From Planctomycetota bacterium (lineage in GTDB: Bacteria; Planctomycetota; UBA1135; UBA2386), in the NCBI GenBank assembly GCA_965228735.1, contig OZ245838.1:2976001-3040000 (forward strand): a stretch of 64,000 nucleotides of DNA, given 5' to 3'. Positions 19,562 through 29,375 of the stretch are shown here, in pieces. The stretch's first letter is position 1, and each line of letters begins with the position of its first letter. The notes under the pieces were generated by a model, which saw nothing but the letters and a program-made list of their open reading frames with translations, searched no databases and was not told the DNA's origin. The position numbers were made by a program, and so were the translations under genes.

Positions 19562-20995
19562 ATGCTCCGCCCGCTTCCGAACGTTCTCGCTACGGTCCTC
19601 GCCACGGCACCGGCCTGCATCCCGTCCTCCGCCGTCGCGCAGCAGGGTCCGCCGCCGGCCGTGCAATGGCTCACGGCGGACGAGGTCGGCGAGCAGCTCG
19701 GCAGCGCGCGGACCTGGGTGCCGATCATCGATCGGTCCTCGCTCAGCGTCGGCCGCTACCGACTGCGTGCGGGCCAGCAGGACGGCCAGGCGCCGCACGA
19801 TCGCGACGAGATCTACTACGTCGTGGCGGGTGCCGGCAAGTTCACGGCGGCGGGCGAGACGCGCGCGGTGACGGCCGGTGACACGGTGTTCGTCGCGGCG
19901 GCGGCCGAGCATCGCTTTCACGACATCACGGCCGACCTCGACCTGCTCGTGTTCTTCAGCACCGCGGTGCCGACGACGGGCGGCATGATCGCCGGCCCGC
20001 GCCCGACCGAGCAGACGGCCTATCCGGAGACCAGCAATCGCGGCGCCGCCCGCATCTTCTACTGGTTCGGCCCCGACTCGGCGGGCCAGCTCGTCATGGA
20101 CCACGGCCGCCCGCGGTGGAACCCGGCCTACGGCAAGTTCCTCACGCAACGAAGCGGCAAGAGCTGGCGCTTCGGCGACAACTTCTGGACGCGGCTCGAC
20201 ACCAACATCCCGATCGTGCTCGGTGGCCGCCGCATCCGCCCCGGGTCGTACTACTGTGCTCTGACCCATGCCGAGGACGGACTGCAGATGCTGCTGCTCG
20301 ACCCGGACGACGTGCGCGCCGGCCTGCGCGACGCCTACGAGGTCGCCAAGGTCGCGGGCGGGATCCCGGTCCCGCTCGAACGCGAGCAGGCGCCGTTCTC
20401 CGCGAGTCGACTCGCGATCCAGTGGACCGTCGATCGATCGAAGCGCGACACGGGACAGCTGCAGATCCACTTCGGCCCGCACCTGCTGACGGCCGACCTC
20501 ACGATGGAGCCCGTGCGCGATCGCAGCGCCCTCGCGACGCCAGCAGTGAATCCCGCCGACGTCGCGAGCCCCGACGCGATCGTGGCCGCGCTCTACGACG
20601 TGATCTCGGGGCCGGCCGGGCAGAAGCGCGACTGGGGCCGGTTGCGCAGCCTGTTCCACGCGGACGCCCGGCTGATCCCGATCATGCCGACTCCCGGCGG
20701 CAAGCGGGCGGTGCCGATGACGGTCGGCGACTACGTCGAACGGTCGGGCCCGTGGCTCGAGCAGAACGGCTTCTTCGAGCAGGAGGTGCAGAAGCGCGTC
20801 GAGACGTTCGGCGGCCTGACGCACGTGTGGTCGACCTACGAGGCGCGCCAGAGCGCGGACGACGACAAGCCGATGATGCGCGGCATCAACTCGATCCAGC
20901 TCGTGCACGAGAACGATCGCTGGTTCGTGCACCAGCTCATGTGGGAGCAGGAACGGACCGCCGGCCCGATTCCCGCCCGTTACCTGCCGAAGTAG
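19562..20995 (+). CDS. Secreted fusion protein: cupin + DUF2911-like + NTF2/SnoaL-like domains
   Basis: Signal peptide; PHDRDEIYYVVAG..HRFHDI cupin; GRPRW..WRFGDNFWT..PGSY DUF2911-like; SPDAIVAALYDVISGPAG..RGINSIQL NTF2-like. Confidence 0.75.
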   Translation: MLRPLPNVLATVLATAPACIPSSAVAQQGPPPAVQWLTADEVGEQLGSARTWVPIIDRSSLSVGRYRLRAGQQDGQAPHDRDEIYYVVAGAGKFTAAGETRAVTAGDTVFVAAAAEHRFHDITADLDLLVFFSTAVPTTGGMIAGPRPTEQTAYPETSNRGAARIFYWFGPDSAGQLVMDHGRPRWNPAYGKFLTQRSGKSWRFGDNFWTRLDTNIPIVLGGRRIRPGSYYCALTHAEDGLQMLLLDPDDVRAGLRDAYEVAKVAGGIPVPLEREQAPFSASRLAIQWTVDRSKRDTGQLQIHFGPHLLTADLTMEPVRDRSALATPAVNPADVASPDAIVAALYDVISGPAGQKRDWGRLRSLFHADARLIPIMPTPGGKRAVPMTVGDYVERSGPWLEQNGFFEQEVQKRVETFGGLTHVWSTYEARQSADDDKPMMRGINSIQLVHENDRWFVHQLMWEQERTAGPIPARYLPK

Positions 20996-21009
20996 CCGGC
21001 AGCCGCGGG

Positions 21010-21738
21010 TCACTCGGGCGGCGCCGCGGCGCGCCGCACGTAGTCGAAGACCTCGCCGTCGAGCCCGCGCTCGGCGGCAACGCGAGGTTCACCGCGGTAG
21101 AGGTTCTGCAGGCTCTCGCGGATGCCGGGGTCGCCACCCGTGAACTCTTCGACGAGCTCCTGCCAGCGCCTGGCCAGGGCGCGCACCTCGGGGTCGTCGG
21201 GCGAGACGCCGGCCGCCTGCTTCGCCCGGACCGCCGCGATCAACCGCGGCCACTCCGCCTCGGCGGCGGCGATCGCCTCCGGACCGAGCTGCTCCTTCCG
21301 CTGCTGCAGCTGCGCCAGCTGCTCCTTGGTGTAGTACTTCTCGAACATCGTCATCTCCTCGATCGCGTCGAGGAAGTCCCCGGTCCGCACCTCGGCGTCG
21401 CCGTCGCCGAGGCGCTCCTTGAGCTCCACGAGCCGCGACCGGAGCCGCCGCGCCGTGTCGAGCTGTTCGTCGAGCCTCGCGATGTGCAGCTCGAGCACGG
21501 CGATCGGCGGGAACCGCGGATCGTCGAGGCAGCTGCGAATCACGTCGAGGCCGAACCCGAGCTGTTGCAGCGACCGGATGCGCAGCAGGCGCGCGACGTC
21601 CGCGCCCGAGTACAGCCGATGCCCCGCCGGCGTGCGCCGGGACGGGGACAGCAGACCGATCTCGTCATAGTGATGCAGCGCGCGCACCGTCAGCCCGGTG
21701 CGTTCCGCGAGTTCGCCGACCTTGAAGGACTCCGTCAT
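21010..21738 (-). CDS. MerR-family regulator with TipAS-like C-terminal domain
   Basis: FKVGELAERTGLTVRALHHYDEIGLLSPS..GHRLY; C-terminal W..LI....A.....P.DPEV..LARRW..L. Confidence 0.92.
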   Translation of the reverse strand: MTESFKVGELAERTGLTVRALHHYDEIGLLSPSRRTPAGHRLYSGADVARLLRIRSLQQLGFGLDVIRSCLDDPRFPPIAVLELHIARLDEQLDTARRLRSRLVELKERLGDGDAEVRTGDFLDAIEEMTMFEKYYTKEQLAQLQQRKEQLGPEAIAAAEAEWPRLIAAVRAKQAAGVSPDDPEVRALARRWQELVEEFTGGDPGIRESLQNLYRGEPRVAAERGLDGEVFDYVRRAAAPPE

Positions 21739-21781
21739 GGTTCTGCGCCCGAGGCGCCTCTTGCCAATGCGATCGCCGGCC

Positions 21782-21812
21782 ATGGTCCGACCTCACGCAG
21801 CGTGAGGTGCAA
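21782..21812 (-). promoter_or_regulatory. MerR/tipA-type promoter with dyad operator in a 19-bp spacer
   Basis: Minus strand TTGCAC-19bp-GACCAT; perfect dyad ACCTCACGC-A-GCGTGAGGT at 21790-21808. Confidence 0.85.
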
Positions 21813-21856
21813 GCGATCACACCGGGAAACCGCGCGCACCATCCGTAAGCTACCGC

Positions 21857-22936
21857 GTGTTGCCCGCCGCACCGTCGAAGTCCTCGCAGTCCAGGAAGCC
21901 GCGCCGCCTCCGCCGCCGGCTCGCCGGTCTCGCGATCGGCCTGCTCGTCGGCCTGCTGCTCGCCGAGCTGCTGCTGCGGGTCTGCGGTTACTCCCCCGCC
22001 CACGTGAACCCGCTGCGCTCGTTCCACCAGGCCGACCCGGTGCTGGTGTATCGCGGGCGGCCGAACGTCGAGGGGCGGTTCCGCCGCTCGCAGTTCGACG
22101 TCGTGGTCCGTCACGACGACCGCGGGTTCCGCGCCGCGGAGTTCCGGCGCGACCCGGCGGACGTCGAACGCACGATCCACGTGTTCGGCGACTCGTTCAC
22201 CTGGGGTTGGGGTGTCGAGAACGGCGAAGTGTTCACCGATCGGCTGCGCCACCTGCTGCCCGACCATGCGGTGCGGAACTACGGGATCAACGGGTGCGGC
22301 ACGGCGCTGCAGACGCGGCTGCTCGAGACCGAGGTCGAAGCGGACATCCAGGCCGGCGACGTCGTCGTGCTGATGTTCTTCTACAACGACTTCTTCGACA
22401 ACACGCACAGCAAGCGCCTGCACGGCCGCGTCGAGGGCGACGACGTCGTCGAGATCACGCCGGACACCGCGTTCGGCTCGGCGTTCGAGCGCTGGTTCAA
22501 GGACCACAGCTATCTCGTCAACTTCGCGGCCCACGTCTGGGACTTCCAGAAGGCGAAGGCCGGCGCGGTCGAGCAGCGCGAGGCGGGCGAGACCCGCGGC
22601 GCCGGTCCGGGTGAAGTCGAACGCCGCGTCACCGCGCACTTCCTGCGCCGCTTCCGGGCACTCGTCGAAGCCCGCGAGGCCCGCCTCGAGCTCGTCTGGG
22701 TCGCGGACAGCCGCGACGTCGCGGGCCGCGCGGACGGCCAGCCCAGCGTCTACTTCGACGCATTCCGGGAGACCGCGGCCGCCGCCGACCTCGTGCCGCT
22801 CGACCCGACCGACGCGTTCGTCGCGGCGATGCGGGCGGACCCCGACAAGGCGCTCTACTTCGACGGCGACGAGCACTGGACGCCGCGCGGCCACGAGGTC
22901 ATCGCGGCGTTCCTCGCAGCGCGGCTCGGCCGATAG
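21857..22936 (+). CDS. Membrane-anchored SGNH/GDSL hydrolase-like protein (AlgX/AlgJ-like)
   Basis: N-terminal TM; FGDSFTWG, NYGING, FYNDF, GDEHWTPRGH. Confidence 0.85.
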   Translation: MLPAAPSKSSQSRKPRRLRRRLAGLAIGLLVGLLLAELLLRVCGYSPAHVNPLRSFHQADPVLVYRGRPNVEGRFRRSQFDVVVRHDDRGFRAAEFRRDPADVERTIHVFGDSFTWGWGVENGEVFTDRLRHLLPDHAVRNYGINGCGTALQTRLLETEVEADIQAGDVVVLMFFYNDFFDNTHSKRLHGRVEGDDVVEITPDTAFGSAFERWFKDHSYLVNFAAHVWDFQKAKAGAVEQREAGETRGAGPGEVERRVTAHFLRRFRALVEAREARLELVWVADSRDVAGRADGQPSVYFDAFRETAAAADLVPLDPTDAFVAAMRADPDKALYFDGDEHWTPRGHEVIAAFLAARLGR

Positions 22937-22949
22937 TCGCGGGCTCGAG

Positions 22950-23915
22950 CTACGGGCCGACCGTCAGCTCGAGACCCCGAGAGAACGCGAACCCGGCCAC
23001 GGCCGTCGGATCGGTGTGGGCGAACTGGCCGTAGATCGAGATGCCGGTGAACGTCGGATCGTTCGGCAGCGCGATCGGCACGAGCGTCGCCGCCGGCGTC
23101 GGCGGCACGAACAGCGCAACCGTGGCGAGCGGGTCCACGAGCAGCGTGCCACCGACCGGCGTCGGCAGAGTTGCCGCGGCCAGGCCGAGCGCGACGACGC
23201 CGAACTCCTGCGTTGAGCGCACCGTCGTCGCGCGCAGGTCGATCGTGGTGCCGAGCTGCGGCGGCGACGACGGGACCAGATTGGGGATGCCCTGCGCGCC
23301 CGGCAGACCCGCACCGTAGTTGCGCCAGCAGCTCTGGCACGGACCGATGTAGAGGTCGTCGATGTAGAAGTCGTTGGGGAAGGCGCTCGTGTTGAGGTTG
23401 CGAATCGCGACCTCCACGGAACCGGTCGCGCCGGCCACCCAGGTGGCGCCGGAAGTCTGCCAGATGCCCGTCAAGTGCGGCAGCGGCAGCGGTGCACCCA
23501 CGAGTTGCCCTCCGACCTGCCACTGCAGGATCGCAGGCCCGCCGGCGACCGCCGTGCAGCCCGCGAGTTCGAACCGGTAGGTGACGCCCGCGACGACCGG
23601 CACGGAGGCGAACCAGACCCGTTGATTGGGCACGGTCGAACCGTTGACGACCATGAACTGCGAGCTGCCCGCGGAGGCCGGCGGCGGATTGACGAACGCC
23701 CCGTTGAACGAGCTGCCGTTGGCCCGGACGGTGTACTGCCCTTCGCAGCAGTTGGCGCCGGCGGAGTAGCCGTAGTCCGACGAGAAGCCCACGTTGCCCG
23801 ACTCGAAGCCGGGGTTCGGCGCCAAGTTCTGAGCCGGGAGCGCGGTGACGACCGCACCGAGGAAGGCACCGGCCGCGATTCCGCAGAAATGCCACGAGGA
23901 GATGGATGGGTTCAC
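22950..23915 (-). CDS. Secreted protein with carbohydrate-binding-like beta-sandwich and shared C-terminal domain
   Basis: QNLAPNPGFESGN, FMVVNG, NDFYIDDL; C-terminal YGAG..G..GIP..LPNDP..SRGLELTVGP; start GTG 23915 uncertain. Confidence 0.7.
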   Translation of the reverse strand: MNPSISSWHFCGIAAGAFLGAVVTALPAQNLAPNPGFESGNVGFSSDYGYSAGANCCEGQYTVRANGSSFNGAFVNPPPASAGSSQFMVVNGSTVPNQRVWFASVPVVAGVTYRFELAGCTAVAGGPAILQWQVGGQLVGAPLPLPHLTGIWQTSGATWVAGATGSVEVAIRNLNTSAFPNDFYIDDLYIGPCQSCWRNYGAGLPGAQGIPNLVPSSPPQLGTTIDLRATTVRSTQEFGVVALGLAAATLPTPVGGTLLVDPLATVALFVPPTPAATLVPIALPNDPTFTGISIYGQFAHTDPTAVAGFAFSRGLELTVGP

Positions 23916-24108
23916 ACCCGCCAAGGCGTCGGGTCGGGTAGTCGGCCGCCACCAGAACGAGAAGATTGCGGACGAGGCCACACGCGCCCCAAAAACGTCG
24001 CAGCTGCCCGGCCCGCCTACGCCTGGTGCGACGCCGCGCCTAGACTGTCCAATCGCACCCGCCGCTGCCATCGTCCGGTCGCGGCCACTTCGCTCCCCAG
24101 GATCCGCC

Positions 24109-26109
24109 TTGGCTCACCGCATCACCCTGTTCCTCGCGACGCTCCTCGCCCTCGCGACTTCTCCCACCGCGCTCGCCCAGGAAGGCAGCAAGAACGAAGG
24201 CGGCAGCATCCGCGTCACGCCGGCCAAGGTCACCTTGCCCGTCGGCGAGACGACCGAGTTGACCGCTGAGGTGCTCGACGTCGGCGGTCGCCCGGTCGAA
24301 GGCGCGCGCGTCATGTTCTTCTCCCGCGCCCGTCGCTCGCTGCGCGTCAGCCGCGAGGGCGAGGTCACGGCGATCAAGCCCGGCACCTACGAGGTCGTGG
24401 CCCGGGCGCTCGGCGGCCCGCGCGAGAGCCGCCCGACCGCGACCGTCGAAGTCACGGTGCCGTACCCCGAGCCGGCCGACATCACGATCACCGGGCTGCC
24501 GAAGCGCCTCTACGCCGGCACGACGGTGCGGCTCGGTGGCGACGTCGTCGACCAGAACGGCACGGCGCGCGACGACCTCGACGTCGCGTTCAAGACGAGC
24601 GATTCGAGCCTCGCGAAGGTCGACGCGTTCGGCCACGTGACCGCGATCGCCGCCGGCCAGGTGACGCTCATGGCGGCCGGTGGCGGGCTCGAGAAGAAGC
24701 TCGATGTCACGGTCGTCGACAACCCGGTGCAGCAGGTCGACCTCGTCGCGGATGCCGAAGTCGTGCGGACCGGTGACGTCGTGCACCTCGACACCAATCT
24801 GCAGAACGGCAGCGGCGGCAACGTCGACGGCGTGCCGGTGTTCTACTCGTTCCACGCCGCGCCCGACGACACGCTGGGCAACGCGGCGACGGGCCAGATC
24901 ACGCAGGACGGTCGCTTCGTCGCGGAGAAGCCGGGCCTCTACACCATCATCGCCACCTGCGGCACCGCGACCGACCGCCTGACGATCCGAGCCAACGAGC
25001 GCTTCGAGCAGCAGCGCCGGCTCCAGCGCATCGGCCACGGGCCCGTGCTCGACGTGCACACCTCCGACCTCTGGGTCTGGGAAGGTGTCGACGGCCGCGA
25101 CTACTGCGTCACGGGAACGTGGGGCGCCAACGGCGACGCGATCTTCTGGGACGTCACCGACCCCTCCCGCATCGAGAAGATCTCGACCGTGACCGTCGAC
25201 GCGCGCACGGTGAACGACGTCAAGGTCAGCGAGGACGGGCGGCTCTGCATCATCAGCCGCGAGGGCGCGAGCAACCGCAAGAACGGCATCGTCGCGTTCG
25301 ACGTGACCGACCCGCGCAACCCGGAACGCATCAGCGAGTTCAACGATGAGCTCACGGGCGGCGTGCACAACCTGTTCATCAACGAGGGCTTCGCCTACGC
25401 GTTGAGCGCGGGCCGGCGCTACGACATCCTCGACATCAAGAACCCGCGCGCGCCGATCCGCGTCGGCAGCTACCAGGTGTTCGAGCCCGGCGCATCCATC
25501 CACGACGTCTGGGTCGTCGACGGCATCGCCTACTCGTCGAACTGGCGCTACGGCCTGCACCTCGTCGACGTCGGCAACGGCATCAAGGGCGGCTCGCCGA
25601 GCAATCCGGTCAAGATCGGCAACTACGCGTATCCGAGCGGTTGGAACCACGCGGCGTTCCCGTGGAAGAACGAGAAGACCGGCAAGTTCTACGTCTTTGC
25701 CGGGGACGAGGCGTTCCCCTACGGGCTCAGCGTGAAGAACAACCCGACGTACCCGCGCGGGTGGATCCACATCGTCGACTTCACGAACCTCGAGGAGCCC
25801 GAAGAGGTCGCGCGCTACGAGGTGCCCGAGGCCGGCACGCACAACCTGTGGATCGAGGACGAGACGCTCTACGTCGCCTACTACAACGCCGGCCTGCGCG
25901 TCGTCGACATCTCGGGTGAACTCATGGGCGATCTCTACCGCCAGGGTCGCGAGATCGCGTGGTTCCTGCCGACGCACCCGAAGGGCGTCGTGCCGAACGC
26001 GCCGATGGCCTGGGGCCCGCAGCCCTACAAGGGCCACATCTTCATCTCCGATTGGAACTCGGGCCTGTGGGCGACGAAGCTCGTCGAGAACCGGGGGCGC
26101 CGCCGGTGA
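24109..26109 (+). CDS. Secreted Ig-like (Big_2) + LVIVD-repeat protein
   Basis: Signal peptide; SDSSLAKVDAFGHVTA Ig motif; HDVWV, LHLVDV, HNLWI, LRVVDIS repeats; TTG start assumed. Confidence 0.8.
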   Translation: MAHRITLFLATLLALATSPTALAQEGSKNEGGSIRVTPAKVTLPVGETTELTAEVLDVGGRPVEGARVMFFSRARRSLRVSREGEVTAIKPGTYEVVARALGGPRESRPTATVEVTVPYPEPADITITGLPKRLYAGTTVRLGGDVVDQNGTARDDLDVAFKTSDSSLAKVDAFGHVTAIAAGQVTLMAAGGGLEKKLDVTVVDNPVQQVDLVADAEVVRTGDVVHLDTNLQNGSGGNVDGVPVFYSFHAAPDDTLGNAATGQITQDGRFVAEKPGLYTIIATCGTATDRLTIRANERFEQQRRLQRIGHGPVLDVHTSDLWVWEGVDGRDYCVTGTWGANGDAIFWDVTDPSRIEKISTVTVDARTVNDVKVSEDGRLCIISREGASNRKNGIVAFDVTDPRNPERISEFNDELTGGVHNLFINEGFAYALSAGRRYDILDIKNPRAPIRVGSYQVFEPGASIHDVWVVDGIAYSSNWRYGLHLVDVGNGIKGGSPSNPVKIGNYAYPSGWNHAAFPWKNEKTGKFYVFAGDEAFPYGLSVKNNPTYPRGWIHIVDFTNLEEPEEVARYEVPEAGTHNLWIEDETLYVAYYNAGLRVVDISGELMGDLYRQGREIAWFLPTHPKGVVPNAPMAWGPQPYKGHIFISDWNSGLWATKLVENRGRRR

Positions 26110-27176
26110 GCGCCGGACTCGGACGCGCCTTCGCGGCGGCGATCGGAATCCTGGCGATTGGGGCGCTGCCGGCGCAGGACCGGGTCTATCGCGTCTATGT
26201 CGCGTGCGAGTCCGCGGACGAGGTGCATCGCGTCGCGTTCGACGGCAAGCACGCGACGGTCGAGAAGGCGATCCGCGTCGGCTATCAGGCGACCGAGATC
26301 GAGGGGCCGCACGGCCTCACGGTCGGTCCCGAGGGCAAGTACTGGTACCTGTCGATCGCGCACGGCAAACCGTTCGGCCTGCTCTACAAGTACCGCACGT
26401 CCGATGACGAGCTCGTCGGCGAGTGCGAGCTCGGCATGTTCCCCGCGACGATGCAGATCAGTGCTCTGACCGGGCTGCTCTACTGCGTCAACTTCAACCT
26501 GCACGGGCGTATGCTGCCGAGCTCGGTGTCGATCGTCGACCCCGACGCGATGGTCGAGGTCGCGCGCACGATGACGGGCGCGATGCCGCACGGCTCGCGG
26601 CTGACGAAGGACGGCACGAAGCACTACTCGTGCGCGATGATGTCGGGCGAGCTGTACGAGATCGACGCCGTGACGTTCGAGGTCACGCGCAACATGCAAC
26701 TCGACGTCGACCTGCCGAAGAACCACGCATCGGTTGCCAAGCCGACCTGGATCCAGCCGCACCCGAAGACCGCGACGGTATGGGCCGCGCTCAACGGCAA
26801 GGCCGAGCTCGTCGAGGTCGACACGGTCGACTGGGTCATCAAGCGCCGATTCGCCTGCGCCAAAGGCCCCTACAACCTCGAGATCACGGGCGACGGCAAG
26901 CTGCTCGTCGTGACCTACAAGACCGCGGGCAAGATCGGCATCTGGGACGTCGAGCAGGGCAAGGAACTCGCCCGGCTCGACTCGAGCCGCCGCGTCACCC
27001 ACGGCGTGGTGATCAGCCCCGACGACCGCTACGCGTTCGTGACCTCGGAGGGCAAGAACGCCGAACCCGGCGCCCTCGACGTCGTCGACCTGCGCACGTT
27101 CAAGATCGCAGCGAGCGTCGAGGTCGGCCTGCAGGCCGGCGGCATCGCGTTCTACGAGATGACGTCGGGCCAGTGA
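26106..27176 (+). CDS. YncE/YVTN-like beta-propeller protein
   Basis: Signal peptide; YVACESAD, GPHGL, MPHG, THGVVISPDDRYAFVT; GTGA overlap with upstream gene. Confidence 0.82.
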   Translation: MSAGLGRAFAAAIGILAIGALPAQDRVYRVYVACESADEVHRVAFDGKHATVEKAIRVGYQATEIEGPHGLTVGPEGKYWYLSIAHGKPFGLLYKYRTSDDELVGECELGMFPATMQISALTGLLYCVNFNLHGRMLPSSVSIVDPDAMVEVARTMTGAMPHGSRLTKDGTKHYSCAMMSGELYEIDAVTFEVTRNMQLDVDLPKNHASVAKPTWIQPHPKTATVWAALNGKAELVEVDTVDWVIKRRFACAKGPYNLEITGDGKLLVVTYKTAGKIGIWDVEQGKELARLDSSRRVTHGVVISPDDRYAFVTSEGKNAEPGALDVVDLRTFKIAASVEVGLQAGGIAFYEMTSGQ

Positions 27177-27279
27177 CGGAGCAGTAGCGACCCGTCGGGG
27201 ATACGGACGACACGTGTCCGGATCCCGACCACATCCGTCCGTTCGTCGGGTGTGGCACGGCCATTGCGAGAACCCGGCG

Positions 27280-28101
27280 ATGACCAAGACCGCCGCGCCA
27301 TTCTCGACCCGCCTCGCCCTCCTCGCCCCCGCTCTGTTCCTGTGGGCCACTGCCTGCAACAGCGGCGGATCGGGCAACGCCAGCGATTCCAGCCTCTCCA
27401 CGGACCCGGCCAACGCGGGCGAACTCGCCGACGTCCAGCGCGCGATCAACGCGGCCGCACCCGGAGCGACCGTGGAGATCGGCGCCGGCACGTATCGCGG
27501 CCGGCTGGTCGTGCAGAAGAGCGTGCGAATCGTCGGCGCCGGTCGCGGCCTCACTTCGATTCACGGCCCGACATCGTTCGACGACGCGGTGATCGAGATT
27601 CGCAACGGCGCCGACGTGTTCGTTGGGGACCTCGCCGTATCGGGACCCTTCGGCGGGATCCGGGTCCGCGAGTCCACCCGCGTCGTGATCGAGTCGGTCA
27701 CGAGCAGCGCCACCGGCGACGCCGGCATCGAGGTCCGGGAATCATCCGACGTCCAGATCCTCGCCTGCATCAGCACCGGCAACGTCGGGTCCGGCATCCG
27801 CGTCCGCGACGACAGCACGAACGTGCGCATCGACAACTGCGATGTCCGCCAGAACGGCGATCACGGCGTGCGAATCCGCGACACGATCGGCGCGACGGTG
27901 GCGCGAAGCTCGGTCACCGACAACGTCCAGAGCGGCGTGCGCGTCCGCGACTCGCTGGCGATCGAGCTCACGGCGAACGACATCAGCGACAACACCGAGT
28001 ACGGCGTTCGCCTGCGCTCGACCCTGCTCGACCCGAACGACGTCCGCGCGAGCAACGTGATCGCCGGCAACCAGCTCGGCGACGTGCGGGTCGACGAGTA
28101 G
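27280..28101 (+). CDS. Right-handed parallel beta-helix (PbH1/NosD-like) lipoprotein
   Basis: Lipobox WATAC; VQRAINAAAPGATVEIGAGTY; repeated GI.VR.S..V.I..C....N units. Confidence 0.82.
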   Translation: MTKTAAPFSTRLALLAPALFLWATACNSGGSGNASDSSLSTDPANAGELADVQRAINAAAPGATVEIGAGTYRGRLVVQKSVRIVGAGRGLTSIHGPTSFDDAVIEIRNGADVFVGDLAVSGPFGGIRVRESTRVVIESVTSSATGDAGIEVRESSDVQILACISTGNVGSGIRVRDDSTNVRIDNCDVRQNGDHGVRIRDTIGATVARSSVTDNVQSGVRVRDSLAIELTANDISDNTEYGVRLRSTLLDPNDVRASNVIAGNQLGDVRVDE

Positions 28102-28243
28102 GCGACCAGGAACGGTCGGGCAAGCGCCACGGTCCTCGCGCACTGGCGCTCGTTCGACTGCATCTTCCTGCTTGCGACGACCCGGTGACTGTGCCACGCT
28201 GCGACCTGGGAAAGGAGAGCCCAGAGCCCAAGGAACCGTCCTG

Positions 28244-29221
28244 ATGGCAGAAGACACGACCTGCGACCCTTCGCACCGCTCGGTGCGCAGTCGCATCGGC
28301 AAGACAGTCCAGGCCTCCCCCGAACTCCCGGGCACCTTCCCGAGGCCGTCCGGTCAACGCCTGCAAGTTCCCACCCACGAGCAGTTCTGCTCGATGCTGA
28401 ACAAGGCGTCGACGCCCGCAGACCTCGTCGACCTGGACAAGCTGGTATCGGTCCTGAAGGACGCCGGGCGCCGGTTCCAGATCGCATTCGAGGATGCCGC
28501 CCGAATCGCGGTCTTCGACCTCGAGACGAAGCGGAAGGTCGGGCAGGTCCTGCGCCAAGTCTCTGGCTGGGGAGGAGATCGATCAAGCGACCGCGATACC
28601 CACTTGCACCGACGGTTGATCGAGCAACTGGGCAAGGCACGAGCGAAGCGGTATCGGGAACTCGCTGGAGTGCCGGAGAAGGTGTTCGTCGACTACCTGG
28701 CCGAACGAGCCGGAGAACGCGCGATTCCTAGCGTCACCGGAGCCATCCGCTTCGCACGGGCGAGCAAGAAGGGCAACCCCACGCCCAGGCCACGACCAAG
28801 GCGCAAGAACATCGAGCCGACGGACACCGCGATTCGCAAGTTCATCGATGGAGCGGAGCGACTCCTCGGCCAGTTCGATGTGGTCGTGAACCGGTCGGCG
28901 ATCGGAACTCGCCCCAACGTCGACCCGAAGTCGATGCACTCGTCGTCGTTCACCGGCCGTGTCGTCGTCATCGAGTGCCCTGATCCGGCCAAGTGGCTCC
29001 CGAGGTTTGCAGCGATGAGCTTCAACGCCAGGGTCTCTGACGTGATCGTACTGTTGCCGGCGGCAACCGGCGCCACATGGTTCCAACGACTTTTCGATAG
29101 CAGTTGGATGTGCTGTCTCATGCAAGGCGACGACGCCCTTGCCGCGGCTTACATCGGTGCACGGAAAGCCGGCTTCAAGACCGTGTTCCGCGAGATCGGA
29201 GCCGTGATCCAACACGCCTAG
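28244..29221 (+). CDS. Hypothetical protein resembling a degenerate phage-type DNA adenine methyltransferase fusion
   Basis: KRKVGQVL..GGDRSS..RYRELAGVPEKVF N-terminal region; C-terminal VIVLLPAATGATWFQRL..YIG..F..VF.EIG; no NPPY; start uncertain. Confidence 0.5.
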   Translation: MAEDTTCDPSHRSVRSRIGKTVQASPELPGTFPRPSGQRLQVPTHEQFCSMLNKASTPADLVDLDKLVSVLKDAGRRFQIAFEDAARIAVFDLETKRKVGQVLRQVSGWGGDRSSDRDTHLHRRLIEQLGKARAKRYRELAGVPEKVFVDYLAERAGERAIPSVTGAIRFARASKKGNPTPRPRPRRKNIEPTDTAIRKFIDGAERLLGQFDVVVNRSAIGTRPNVDPKSMHSSSFTGRVVVIECPDPAKWLPRFAAMSFNARVSDVIVLLPAATGATWFQRLFDSSWMCCLMQGDDALAAAYIGARKAGFKTVFREIGAVIQHA

Positions 29222-29375
29222 ACGGGTTCCCGAAGGCCTGCCGGCGACACCTGCGTCCGGTCGTCGTCAGCTTGACGGATCCGACGATCACACTAGCGTG
29301 CGACTCGGCCGCGACGAGCAACGGACATCCCGTTGATTCGATGTTCGGCCGAGTCAGCTGTTAGAGGAAAAGGCA

